The notes beneath the pieces are model-generated. The model was not told the DNA's origin and made no database searches. It worked only from the letters and a program-made list of their open reading frames with translations. A stretch of 58,740 nt of DNA, from IMG/VR virus record IMGVR_UViG_3300021961_000029; one strand, given 5' to 3'. The stretch comes from an uncultured virus (IMG/VR IMGVR_UViG_3300021961_000029). Taxonomy: Duplodnaviria; Heunggongvirae; Uroviricota; Caudoviricetes. Below, in pieces: positions 19,201-28,750 of the stretch (its first letter is position 1; each line of letters opens with the position of its first letter). A program made the translations under genes and the position numbers.

Positions 19201-21061
19201 GTACTCACCAATTGCTTTTTATTGTAGACAAACCGCGTTTTCTTTGAAGTACAATAAAAAATCGGAAAAACCAAAACCAACTACACCACCACCTCCTCAA
19301 CCTGTTACAAAAATTGAAGAAAACGGTGAAGTTGTTGTTAACCCACCAACACGTAGACCGGCTATTGACCCTTTAAAAAGAATTATTGCAAAAACATTAT
19401 CAGAATGTTTTTACTTTAAAAAGTTGGAAGAAACCGACCCAATAGTTTTCTCGTCTTTAAAAGAAAAATTAAAATATTTTCACCCTGGTTTCCACTCGAC
19501 AACACCTGAAGGATTGAATGCTCGATTAACTTTCTTACAACAATGTATTAGACCGGGTGACACTATTCCAATAAAAGGAATATCTGAAGATTCAGACGTT
19601 AGAGCTCGAAACACATCATTTGGACCACCTCCTGTTTGTGTATTGAGAGTTGGGGACTTTTATCACTCAAAAATTGTCATAAGAGATGTTAACATTTCTT
19701 TCGATGATGGTGGTCAAATATTATGGGATTTAAATCCTGAAGGAATTGGTGTACAACCTATGATTGCATCTGTATCGTTATCAATAAACTTTATTGGTGG
19801 TCAAGGTTTGTCAAAACCAGTAGAAAGACTGCAAAATGCACTTTCATCTAATTTCTTTGCTAACACTGAAATGTACGATGAAAGGTCTATTGCAACAAAC
19901 GAAACTATTGGTGGTAAAAAGGCCGAAGAATTTACGAGAGAATTTTTAGAAGACTTGAATAAAACCTACAATAATTCGATAAATAAAAATTCACAAACTC
20001 AGAATACCAATAATGTTAAGAATGGGGTTTACATGGGTGAGTTAGAAAACGGAAACACAATGAATTATACAAAATTAATTGATTCTGTTTTTAAATCAAC
20101 CGAGGATTATTTTACCAAATTTACAACCACATACAATAAAGTTTACACCAAATATGGTAAAGACATAACCACCATGTTATTAAAAGGTGATTACAGACCT
20201 ATAAACAAGTACGATGTGTATACATCGACATCACCCACACCAGGTAAAACATTGACACTGTTTGGACTACACAAAAAGACACAAGAATTAAACGTCTATA
20301 CTGCCGGTCTAAAAACAGCTTTAGCGACATTCGTAAATAACTCTTCTTCAACGTACTTAGTAGATATGTTGTCATTTAATAAAGAAATGACAGGTTCACT
20401 TCTTACGGACACAAATGAAAAAATATTAAAAAAATTCATTACTGAAAAAATTATAGAAAACAAAATAAATGAATTAACAGATTCTACCGCTCTTTTATCA
20501 GATTTAGAAAAGTCAAGAAATCAATTAATTACATCTTTAGATAAAGTAAACTTCGTAATTAAAAATGGTAAGGACTCAACAGTTTCAGATGGTGTTGTTA
20601 AATCCGTAACTATGAGTGGTTTTACGTCTGATTTATTATATAATGAGTATGAGACATGTATTAGTTATATTGATACAAACACATCAAAATTATTTGAGGG
20701 TTTATCAACAAACATTACCTTCTTAAATCCAACTATACAATCTGCAGATTTTGACTTTTTAATGAAAGAATTATTATCAGATAGTGTAGATAGTTTAATG
20801 TCTGAATTTAAAGATACTACGTTATATTCAAACGGATTAAAGAACCAATTAAAAAAGAGATTAGAAAAATTTGTTGAAAAACCAAAAGAAAAGAATTTTA
20901 AATTATCAAAATTCAAAAGTAGAAAAAGTGGTAAAGACATAAAATTTGGTATTGCATCCACAGTGGATGAAACAAACTCAACCATAATTAGTGAAGCAAA
21001 TCAAACATTTTCAACATCAAATAGTGTTGATGATAAATTAAATTTTTATAGAGCAGAATAA
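16220..21061 (+). CDS. Large baseplate / tube-initiator-like protein with OmpA-like insertion
   Basis: WQDNTFLGRPEPIYTYQDTSRSGQLSF and PPVCVLRVGDF...PMIASVSLSINFIG resemble tube-initiator domains; internal YNERLALRRSHSV resembles the OmpA_C motif. Confidence 0.55.
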   Translation: MPTYLDFNSTKTFRDFLISKTLNRPNGPQTFTDANYAVQNLNNFANVDPGDVKTNWAVYFGQNFINLYLPPNSTIEEYTDTSLPNLALLNGGILYDGYFNSFEPQTTNLVSIMGGQNFDNDSRLMKFATTNIRENKQGPVFARLQQNLESATLGRVRALDALGGNLATAINIVTGREPLVEKNYKITVAKSLLGKGVDFIQTVAGIESPFSEIPGDYLSDPKNPIINRPSPKTEAGAILQDVTGVLGSLVGIQRRPKLGRKPSDLMIEYMGEGQKQILFDQLTYSTYAPNYTTVARSQQSSKIFNFVNSVAGGIKNVLGLEAPKGVAYIGDDRSEDVKYTMSDFNDNMVKSSYFLSLMFDPAQATLFERQRNISQGGPISGKLTWISKNSQNKIGLWNQEFQSRESDAYNSSISTKYGFREDSILGKTQEILDSMPKDGQATRTHVGNVIDQTSRIFKEGESMLSRGSAIKFVDKYKQETGAEYCRVWTKDRSYMNYSDTMKRTANIRKFDDSILGGDSRPWNINIAPMSSGNYDAKNSFKNSFGAKNSTNIFESPTGDGFYAKKYMFSIENLAWRTSNTPGFTYNDLPFCERGPNGGRVMWFPPYDLKVSENNQARWQDNTFLGRPEPIYTYQDTSRSGQLSFKVVVDHPSILNLLVREYFKGMSDEESENYINAFFAGCEELDFYSLIRRYAQLDTNDIKLIQSFLNKGQNPEIIKQYKVTTEYPVESTPTNTTPQGNDADSKPVDEVVIKLKYENNRPGPSLDLDTTKNYTELYNTYKVRKQDYITKLGSALNTLTGLTQTDPQVKKEKSFIFGDENKAVTQDDINFQVTKIGQYFDDAQTSFNTYETTLNNLITDISGKTADTIKFQILSSCSSVATTDYNERLALRRSHSVIQDIFDRLTASGGKKEWQIKWPTSLNLVNKNNSENDKEVIQRGQPIVVVKEYSTKDFGFEHDTKIVIESVNYGESLTGTNPDVDCLNKDFVKIPDLKVYSPIAFYCRQTAFSLKYNKKSEKPKPTTPPPPQPVTKIEENGEVVVNPPTRRPAIDPLKRIIAKTLSECFYFKKLEETDPIVFSSLKEKLKYFHPGFHSTTPEGLNARLTFLQQCIRPGDTIPIKGISEDSDVRARNTSFGPPPVCVLRVGDFYHSKIVIRDVNISFDDGGQILWDLNPEGIGVQPMIASVSLSINFIGGQGLSKPVERLQNALSSNFFANTEMYDERSIATNETIGGKKAEEFTREFLEDLNKTYNNSINKNSQTQNTNNVKNGVYMGELENGNTMNYTKLIDSVFKSTEDYFTKFTTTYNKVYTKYGKDITTMLLKGDYRPINKYDVYTSTSPTPGKTLTLFGLHKKTQELNVYTAGLKTALATFVNNSSSTYLVDMLSFNKEMTGSLLTDTNEKILKKFITEKIIENKINELTDSTALLSDLEKSRNQLITSLDKVNFVIKNGKDSTVSDGVVKSVTMSGFTSDLLYNEYETCISYIDTNTSKLFEGLSTNITFLNPTIQSADFDFLMKELLSDSVDSLMSEFKDTTLYSNGLKNQLKKRLEKFVEKPKEKNFKLSKFKSRKSGKDIKFGIASTVDETNSTIISEANQTFSTSNSVDDKLNFYRAE

Positions 21062-21064
21062 CAA

Positions 21065-21391
21065 ATGAGTAGACAATATTTTGATAGATATCAGTTTTTT
21101 GTGGAAGATGGTAAATTTAGAATTGTACCCGGAATTGAGATACCAATAAAACCATCTGATAGATATATGTTCTATAAAAGAGGTAAAGATAGATTAGATA
21201 AACTATCTCAAGATTATTATGGTTCACCAGTTTTTGGTTGGTTAATATTACAAGCCAACCCAACAGCGGGAAGTGTTGAATTTGAAATACCCGATAATTT
21301 TGTTATTAGGATTCCATTTCCATTAGTAACGTCTTTACAAGATTATAAAAGAAGTGTAGAATTGTATAACCTATATTATGGCGAGCAATAA
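21065..21391 (+). CDS. LysM-like baseplate protein (T4 gp53 / tail X-like)
   Basis: DRLDKLSQDYYGSPVFGWLILQANP...IRIP. Confidence 0.8.
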   Translation: MSRQYFDRYQFFVEDGKFRIVPGIEIPIKPSDRYMFYKRGKDRLDKLSQDYYGSPVFGWLILQANPTAGSVEFEIPDNFVIRIPFPLVTSLQDYKRSVELYNLYYGEQ

Positions 21392-24300
21392 TGATTACCC
21401 AAATAATGAGAACATACTTGTAAAAGTTGACCAAAACAATTTAATTTATGTTGACCCAAATAGTGTTGTTGATTCAAATGGAGAAGTACAACCAAGAGGA
21501 CATAAACAGGAAAACTTAGTAATGTATGTTAACTTGGAAGCAGATTTGATTCCGAGGACAACTCTTATTGCCGATGATAACGTTGGAAACACATTAACAC
21601 AAATTGCAAAAGGAAATTTAAATTTCTTAAGAAACGCCAGTGGCGATGGAAACTTTGACGCTACTTGGACCGATGCGTTTGTACCCAAACCAATACAGGG
21701 TCAAGAATCAACCTACAAAGATGGTTATGACGTAACGTTTGGTGAAGACCAATTTAAAGACCCAACAGGTCAATCATTCGGTATTGATTCAATAACAATT
21801 GACGTTAAAGGTGCGAACTTTGTTCCCCAAGTTTCAATCAATTTTGTTGATGTTAGGGGAAAGACACTTTTTGAATCTTCAGAAAATTCACCATACCGAG
21901 CGTTTTTTCATTTACCGTGGCCCATTTTTTATCTAACAGTAAAAGGTTATTACGGTAAAGCAATCAGATACAGATTGCACATGACTGATTTTAAATCAAG
22001 ATTTAATGATTCTAATGGTAATTTTGAAATAACAACAAAATTTGTTGGTTCCACATTTGCTTGGTTAAATGACATTCCATTATCGGCAATTATAAATTGT
22101 CCTTACATGTTTTTAGTTGAAGAATCTAAAAATTCCAAGTTTAATGAAAAAACAGGTTTATACGAAAAGACACTCAAACAGTCTTCAAGAGGATACACAA
22201 TCTTAAAATCAATATATAGACAATATGAACAAAAGGGTTTAATACCGAAAGGTTTCCCTGTTCGTACACTAAAAGAAGTTGGTTATATAGCCGAAAGTCT
22301 TGATAAAATACTTGAACAACAAGTATTCAGTAAAGTGAGCATGGATGTTTTTTCAGGTATAAAAGAAATTGATAGTATAATAAATGATTTTGAAAATTCA
22401 ATAAAAGCTTGGGGAAAACAATATCTATCACAAGAATACACATCTTTTAATCGAACCGCAACAACCGACGAAACTGTTAGTGATTTATGGTTTTATTTGA
22501 GCGCAAAAGATAAGACCGAAACAAAACATATTCTTGGTAACGGACCGGGGGCTCTTGAACTTTTATTAAAAGGATTTAACGGTGCGATGAATAAATCCAA
22601 ACTATTGACTCAAAATTTATTAAACGAGACTGGCGGCGACTTTAAGAGAATTTCAATTAGGAATGTTAAAGATGTCCAATCATATTATAAAATACTGAAT
22701 GATAAAAAGGTTGCGGTATACATTGATGGATTATTTGAAGACATATTCCAAATAAGAAAATCTTTTGAAGAACAAAGAAAAAAAGTTGAGGATGACGTTG
22801 AGACAAAAATGAATGAGGTCATCAAAAGTAAAGAATATGGTTTTGGTTTTGAACCGACAATCAGAAACATGTTTGCGGTATTATTGGCCAATGCTGAGGT
22901 TTACATCAGATTAATGAAAGATGTTCACAACAAGGCGTTCGATGCTGCTAATAACAGAAAAAAAGTTTTAACTAATTTATCAAAAGAGTCAAAAGGTGAA
23001 AACATATATCCATGGCCTGAAGTAAAAAAACCACAAACAGGTGGTAAACAAAATGTTGTTTCATATCCCGGTGATGAAGAATTGGTACATAAATTAAAAT
23101 CATATGATAAGACCTTATGGCCTGAAGTTGATTTTGTTGAAGAGTATATTAAAATTGCAACAAACAGGGTTGAGACAAATGTTAATAATGAACCAACAAG
23201 GAATGACGTTAATTACGTTTTTGATTCAAACACAGAAAATCAAAAAATCGAAGATATTTCAGGTATTGATGTTATAAACGAATCAATACCATTTGTTGAT
23301 AAAAGTTATGCTGGCTTTGTTTATGAACTTTATGAGAGAGCTCTTTATATGACATTGTTTGATTCATTTAATGACAAAATGATTATACAATTGGCTAATG
23401 AAGAATTTAAAAACATACAAGAATCAATAAAAGAAGATACTGACATAATTGAATTAGCCAAAAAAATTACAAATAAAAACGCATTGATTGCACCTGTGTC
23501 AACCACAGAATTAAAAGAGAATGGTGTTATTCAGAAAAACACTGATGGTACCCCAAAAATTGCAACAACATACGGTGGTTATTTACCCGGATTATCACCA
23601 TATGAAAGGTTTAACTATTACAAAGACCATTTACCAACAACTAATTATATAAGTGATGTAATTGATGAACCATTCAAATTTGACAAATATGATGAAGCGT
23701 CAACAAACCCAACAGGTGATTTAGAAGAAGATAATCTTAATAAGATTCTAATTGATTACGAACCTGAAACATATAGAACAGATATCTACCCCTTCAATTC
23801 TACCACGTATTTAAATTATTTAGGTAAAACATCATTTAGTCGAGATAACTTTAAATTCAACGGAATCTTAAAAGTTAATAGCTCACAAGGTTTTATTTGT
23901 TCACCAATCAATTCAAAATCTTGGGTAAAACCATCATCAAGTACTACTGATTTTTTTACAAATACTGTTAAAGTATCAGGGAACACCACATCAATACTTA
24001 ACACCCCATATTTCCACAATCAATTATTTTCAGATTTTAATAAATCAACATTAAAAGGTAAGTATGTTGGTTCTTCTTACTTGTTATTAAATTCTTTACC
24101 ATTTATTGATTTAGACGACCAAATCACTTTCGACGGGAAATCAATTCTAACATCATCATTATTTAGAGAAGTATCTGCAACTCACTTTATACCATATCAT
24201 TTATTATTAAAATGGGGGTCAATCTATCATAGATATAAAACACATTTAATTGATGGTTATGATATATTAGATGGTTGTATAAACCCAAGTTATATAACCA

Positions 24301-27300
24301 GACCTTTAACAGGAAAAACATTGTTTGACAACAATGGTGCTTTAATTACTTATACCGCAACCAACGCGTCAAGTAGTGGAACAACCATCAATGTACCAAG
24401 TACAGTTGGATTACAATCGGGAATGACAGTTACCGTTATTGCGGGAACAGGACAAACCGCACCAAATACTTTTATAACAAACGTTACAAGTACTACAGGA
24501 TTCACGATTTCTCAATCACCATTAACAGGATTAACGGGGGCGACCATTTTTGCGGTTTATGATGAATACGTGACTTTTGATGTTATTCCAAGAATATCCA
24601 CAACATCTGGTACAACTACGGGAGTTACTTATACAGGATATACACATGCTGGTATTAAACCATTCTATCAGGCGGTTTACAGTCAAATAGTTAATGATTA
24701 CTCCACTTATGACATAAGTTTGGGTAACACATCATATTCATCAACAAGTCAATCAGGTAAAATCCTTCATAGAGTTAGAACTAAAAGTGGAATGAATTAT
24801 TGGGATGTTGTTATGGATAATTCCAAATACATAAGTTCTGATAAAAACTATACATTATTACCATCAGTAGGTGGACACCAAACCAATTCTATCTCAGATG
24901 GTAATTCATTTAATTTGGCTGAAGAATTAAGTTTTAAATCAATTTGGTATTTGGATGATACCCTGTCAACAAGTTTTAGTGGACAAACATTCCCAAGTTC
25001 ATATGATTATTTTAGAACAACAGGAAACACATATTCAGTATCTTCAAACTACAAAAAGGCGTTAGACCTTATTGGTACTTTTAGTCCTCAAATACTTGAA
25101 TACATGGAAAGTTTCTTCCTTGATTTTGCCAGTGAAAAAATAAACGAAGAAATACCATATAGAATCTTTAGAAACGTTAGTTACCCTAAATTCCAAGATT
25201 TATTAAAGAAATTGTCCGTTGTTGAAAAGAAAGACGACGATAGTAATGATATTGATTTGTTAATTCAGACAACATTAAAAGAGAGACAAAAAAAGAACGC
25301 TGAAACAATTACCAATGATATCTTAAGTTCAAGTAATTTAATAAAATTCACATTAGCTAACCCAAAAGAAATTGATGCGTATTCACTATATGGACTTACA
25401 AAAATAGAGCCATATGGAAGTTTCACAACATATGGTCCACAACCATTTAGTGCTGTTGATTTAACATCAACAAATTTAAATTTAATAAAACTATATATAG
25501 GTGAAGATATAGATAGTTACTATGTTAATTTCTTTAGTTTAATGGATATTAAATTGACAGAAGACAACATAAAAAGACATAGACCTTTAGCACACATATA
25601 TGGTGGTTATAGAAAAGCGGGTGGAACAAACACCAAGTCCGCGTTTATAACCTATTTACAAAATTCTATTTTAATAAAAAATAACGATGGTAAGATTGTT
25701 GGAAATGGTGCAGAGGCAAGACTTGCATTATTTTTAAATACATTATTACCACAATTTTCAAAACTAAGTAGTAATACCAACGCAAATCCTGCGGCAAGTA
25801 TTGATATGTTCAGGGGTTATAACTCAACACAAACTAAATTAGAACTTTACAACACATTCAAATCATTTAATGATAAATGGACTGCCGGTAACTCAATTGG
25901 TCAAAGATTATTACTTGAAGAATTTTTATTCTTGGATAAAGCAAACAGAGACATTGGTGATAAATTTTATCTTAACATAGATAAATTTACTCCACTACTC
26001 GATAGTAGAAATTCCAAACTTTCTTTGTATAGTGCAATATCTATGATAATTCAAGGTACTGGATTAGACATGAGGGCTCTTCCAGCTTATATTAATTTTT
26101 ATGGAAACAATTTAACAAATAGAAATAAGATTACACCATCTAAAAAAGTGGCATCTACTTTATTCGGAACCTTTTTAGAAGTTGATTATCAAGAAGCAAC
26201 ACCAAAAGTTATTATTCAATTAGTTGGTCAAACATCAAAGAGGGTTGACATGTCAAACAGTAAAGCATATAAATTTAACGATGACAGTTTCTATATTGGA
26301 GGTCAAACACCTAATCCCCTACTGATTACTTCTTTAGATAGTTTTTCACAAAACGATTTGTCAAAGTCCAATAGGGTTGTTGCTTTTGAGGTTAGCTTTG
26401 GTGACCAAAACCAAGGAATATTCAAAGGTGTAACACTTGACCAAACCTCACTTAAAAATACTTCTGAATCTTTCCAAGTATTGGAAGACCTATCAAGGTC
26501 AGCTTCAGGTGCTGGTGTTCATAATGTTGACGTTAGTTTGTTTGATTACTATAAACAAGCTTCATATAAATGTGGAGTTAGTGCTATGGGTAATGTAATG
26601 ATTCAACCTACAATGTTTTTCTATTTAAAAAACATACCGATGTTCAGAGGTTCTTATTGGATTACAGAGGTTTCCCATCAAATTAGAGGTAACGTTATTT
26701 CAACAAATTTCTCAGGAACAAGGATACCATATACATCATTACCTGACCCAAAAGATTCGTTTGTTGCTAGTTACAGAATCTTATTTGATAAGATTCAATC
26801 GAAAGCGATTGCTAAAATCAAACAAAGAGAATCTAATCGTACCGATACTCAAGACACGGTTATTTATCAAAAAATACCTTACATAACAGATAGACAAGGT
26901 AAGAACGTACAAGGTGAAACTATAGTTCAAGACGTTGGTATAAATAGATTCGGCGTTCCATACAATGGATACAACGAGACTCGATTAATACAAAAGGTAA
27001 AGAATGGTAACGAGGAATGGTTACGAACAGTTGTATACAAAATGGGTGGTGAAAAATATGCAATAGACGATGACCAAGGATTTAACATTGCTAACGGTAT
27101 AAAATGGTCAGATATTAAATCGACAGACTATAAGTTTTACAATGTTTATTTTCAGTTATCAAAAAGTATCACCGTTGATGTGATTAAAACTGCTAAAACA
27201 ACTTTTAAGAATCCTAAAAACAGTAAAACTCTTACATTGAACCCGAGTTATCAATTAGATAAGAACGTTGGACAGATTGTAGTTGAGGGACCTATTAGTG

Positions 27301-27401
27301 TTGGGCCTTCGTCTACAACTATAGGTATGGGTATGTCACCAAAGTTAATGTCCGAATTAGGATTATACGATGGGGATGTGGTTTATTTTAAAATGGATTA
27401 A
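21378..27401 (+). CDS. Very large baseplate hub / central virion protein
   Basis: 2007 aa after the LysM-like gene; MGNVMIQPTMFFYL...GSYWITEVSHQI...TNFSGTR resembles the C-terminal part of gp27/VgrG-type hub folds. Confidence 0.55.
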   Translation: MASNNDYPNNENILVKVDQNNLIYVDPNSVVDSNGEVQPRGHKQENLVMYVNLEADLIPRTTLIADDNVGNTLTQIAKGNLNFLRNASGDGNFDATWTDAFVPKPIQGQESTYKDGYDVTFGEDQFKDPTGQSFGIDSITIDVKGANFVPQVSINFVDVRGKTLFESSENSPYRAFFHLPWPIFYLTVKGYYGKAIRYRLHMTDFKSRFNDSNGNFEITTKFVGSTFAWLNDIPLSAIINCPYMFLVEESKNSKFNEKTGLYEKTLKQSSRGYTILKSIYRQYEQKGLIPKGFPVRTLKEVGYIAESLDKILEQQVFSKVSMDVFSGIKEIDSIINDFENSIKAWGKQYLSQEYTSFNRTATTDETVSDLWFYLSAKDKTETKHILGNGPGALELLLKGFNGAMNKSKLLTQNLLNETGGDFKRISIRNVKDVQSYYKILNDKKVAVYIDGLFEDIFQIRKSFEEQRKKVEDDVETKMNEVIKSKEYGFGFEPTIRNMFAVLLANAEVYIRLMKDVHNKAFDAANNRKKVLTNLSKESKGENIYPWPEVKKPQTGGKQNVVSYPGDEELVHKLKSYDKTLWPEVDFVEEYIKIATNRVETNVNNEPTRNDVNYVFDSNTENQKIEDISGIDVINESIPFVDKSYAGFVYELYERALYMTLFDSFNDKMIIQLANEEFKNIQESIKEDTDIIELAKKITNKNALIAPVSTTELKENGVIQKNTDGTPKIATTYGGYLPGLSPYERFNYYKDHLPTTNYISDVIDEPFKFDKYDEASTNPTGDLEEDNLNKILIDYEPETYRTDIYPFNSTTYLNYLGKTSFSRDNFKFNGILKVNSSQGFICSPINSKSWVKPSSSTTDFFTNTVKVSGNTTSILNTPYFHNQLFSDFNKSTLKGKYVGSSYLLLNSLPFIDLDDQITFDGKSILTSSLFREVSATHFIPYHLLLKWGSIYHRYKTHLIDGYDILDGCINPSYITRPLTGKTLFDNNGALITYTATNASSSGTTINVPSTVGLQSGMTVTVIAGTGQTAPNTFITNVTSTTGFTISQSPLTGLTGATIFAVYDEYVTFDVIPRISTTSGTTTGVTYTGYTHAGIKPFYQAVYSQIVNDYSTYDISLGNTSYSSTSQSGKILHRVRTKSGMNYWDVVMDNSKYISSDKNYTLLPSVGGHQTNSISDGNSFNLAEELSFKSIWYLDDTLSTSFSGQTFPSSYDYFRTTGNTYSVSSNYKKALDLIGTFSPQILEYMESFFLDFASEKINEEIPYRIFRNVSYPKFQDLLKKLSVVEKKDDDSNDIDLLIQTTLKERQKKNAETITNDILSSSNLIKFTLANPKEIDAYSLYGLTKIEPYGSFTTYGPQPFSAVDLTSTNLNLIKLYIGEDIDSYYVNFFSLMDIKLTEDNIKRHRPLAHIYGGYRKAGGTNTKSAFITYLQNSILIKNNDGKIVGNGAEARLALFLNTLLPQFSKLSSNTNANPAASIDMFRGYNSTQTKLELYNTFKSFNDKWTAGNSIGQRLLLEEFLFLDKANRDIGDKFYLNIDKFTPLLDSRNSKLSLYSAISMIIQGTGLDMRALPAYINFYGNNLTNRNKITPSKKVASTLFGTFLEVDYQEATPKVIIQLVGQTSKRVDMSNSKAYKFNDDSFYIGGQTPNPLLITSLDSFSQNDLSKSNRVVAFEVSFGDQNQGIFKGVTLDQTSLKNTSESFQVLEDLSRSASGAGVHNVDVSLFDYYKQASYKCGVSAMGNVMIQPTMFFYLKNIPMFRGSYWITEVSHQIRGNVISTNFSGTRIPYTSLPDPKDSFVASYRILFDKIQSKAIAKIKQRESNRTDTQDTVIYQKIPYITDRQGKNVQGETIVQDVGINRFGVPYNGYNETRLIQKVKNGNEEWLRTVVYKMGGEKYAIDDDQGFNIANGIKWSDIKSTDYKFYNVYFQLSKSITVDVIKTAKTTFKNPKNSKTLTLNPSYQLDKNVGQIVVEGPISVGPSSTTIGMGMSPKLMSELGLYDGDVVYFKMD

Positions 27402-27446
27402 AATATAAGTTTTTAAGTTTTTTAGATATTTATTAAAGAAAGTACC

Positions 27447-27653
27447 ATGAACAACGAAAAATTAAATAAAACATTGGATAACTATATGGAAAATCCAAAA
27501 CACGTTAAGTCCGTTTCAAATGATGGGATGGAAAGAGAAGAATGTGACCTTCAAACTGGTGAATGTTATGTAATCAGGTCTAAAGATGGTATAGTTGAAA
27601 GAATAAACAAAAAATTTATAACCGAAGACGGTAGACAACTTTTACAAGACTAA
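27447..27653 (+). CDS. Hypothetical protein (68 aa)
   Basis: ORF with TATTTAT upstream (27427-27433); ECDLQTGEC motif. Confidence 0.7.
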   Translation: MNNEKLNKTLDNYMENPKHVKSVSNDGMEREECDLQTGECYVIRSKDGIVERINKKFITEDGRQLLQD

Positions 27654-27655
27654 CT

Positions 27656-28285
27656 ATGAAAAAACTAGAAAAATCATTAATGGAAGAACTCGCAAGATAC
27701 AATGCGATTAATAAATATGCAAAAACTTTGATGGAACAAGGTGAGGTTCCACCTCCACCACCTATGGATGCACCGCCAATTGAACCTGCTGTACCACCAA
27801 CAGATGTTCCACCACCTGCGGATGTTCCACCACCAACGGGTGATGTACCCGCAGCAACAGATACTGAAGAAATTGACATCACTGATTTAGTTAACATGAC
27901 CAAATCAATTAAAAAAGATTTGGATGATAATAAATCTGACAACACCGCTGTTGTTGATAAGATGGAGACAGTCTTTAGTAAACTGAACGATTTGGAACAA
28001 AAGTTATCACAGATGGACTCAGTCATGAATAAAATTGACGAACTTGGAAACAAAGTTGAGTCAATGAAAGAAAAAACCCCACAAGAGAAATTGGAGTTAC
28101 GTTCTTTAGACTCATATCCATTTAATATGAACCCACAACAGTTCTTTGCACAAAAACAAGGTGAAATGCAACAAAGTGGTAAAAACGAGTACGTTTTAAC
28201 TAAACAAGATATTGAAGATTACTCAAGAGATACAATAAGAGACACATTTAATCCAGAAACAGAAGAAGATGAATTTAAGTTCTAA
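27656..28285 (+). CDS. Hypothetical Pro-rich / coiled-coil protein, possibly an internal head protein
   Basis: 209 aa; LMEE/LMEQ near the N-terminus, PP(T/A)DVPPP repeats, heptad region. Confidence 0.6.
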   Translation: MKKLEKSLMEELARYNAINKYAKTLMEQGEVPPPPPMDAPPIEPAVPPTDVPPPADVPPPTGDVPAATDTEEIDITDLVNMTKSIKKDLDDNKSDNTAVVDKMETVFSKLNDLEQKLSQMDSVMNKIDELGNKVESMKEKTPQEKLELRSLDSYPFNMNPQQFFAQKQGEMQQSGKNEYVLTKQDIEDYSRDTIRDTFNPETEEDEFKF

Positions 28286-28643
28286 GGTAAACTTTTTATT
28301 GGGTTTACAAATACAAATGAAAATAAACCATTGGCAAACAAAAGGTATTGCTAGACACGAAGCTTTTGGTAAAACCTATGATGATTTAACAGGTCTTATT
28401 GATGAGTTTGTTGAAATATCAATGGGTAAATATGGTAGATTCGTATTAGACGAGGAAACCAAAAAAATTGAAATGGTTAATCTTTCGGATGTAAATCCTT
28501 CCGATATGATTAAAGTTTGTACTGAAGCCTTAATAGAGTTTTCTGAAGACTTGGACGACAGGGTTGATACCGACTTATTAAATTTAAGAGACGAGATACT
28601 TGGTTTATTGAATAAATTATTGTATCTTCTAACTTTAGAGTAA
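28269..28643 (+). CDS. Ferritin/Dps-like four-helix bundle protein
   Basis: HWQTKG...HEAFG..YD.L..LIDEFVE and LLNLRDEI..LLNKLLYLLTL. Confidence 0.7.
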   Translation: MNLSSKVNFLLGLQIQMKINHWQTKGIARHEAFGKTYDDLTGLIDEFVEISMGKYGRFVLDEETKKIEMVNLSDVNPSDMIKVCTEALIEFSEDLDDRVDTDLLNLRDEILGLLNKLLYLLTLE

Positions 28644-28673
28644 CCCCCTAAAAACATTTTTTAAAAAAAAGAG

Positions 28674-28701
28674 AGTCAGATTTTGTAATCTGACTTTTTT
28701 T
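28674..28701 (+). terminator. Intrinsic terminator overlapping the ssb promoter
   Basis: AGTCAGATT-TTGT-AATCTGACT followed by a T-run, with an A-run upstream. Confidence 0.7.
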
Positions 28702-28712
28702 GTCTATACTTT
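28682..28712 (+). promoter_or_regulatory. Putative host-RNAP promoter of the replication block (TTTG-N19-TATACTTT)
   Basis: Same geometry as the sites at 549 and 4656; upstream of ssb. Confidence 0.5.
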
Positions 28713-28750
28713 ACATAGAAATACATTTCTAACATTTAAAAACAAATAAT

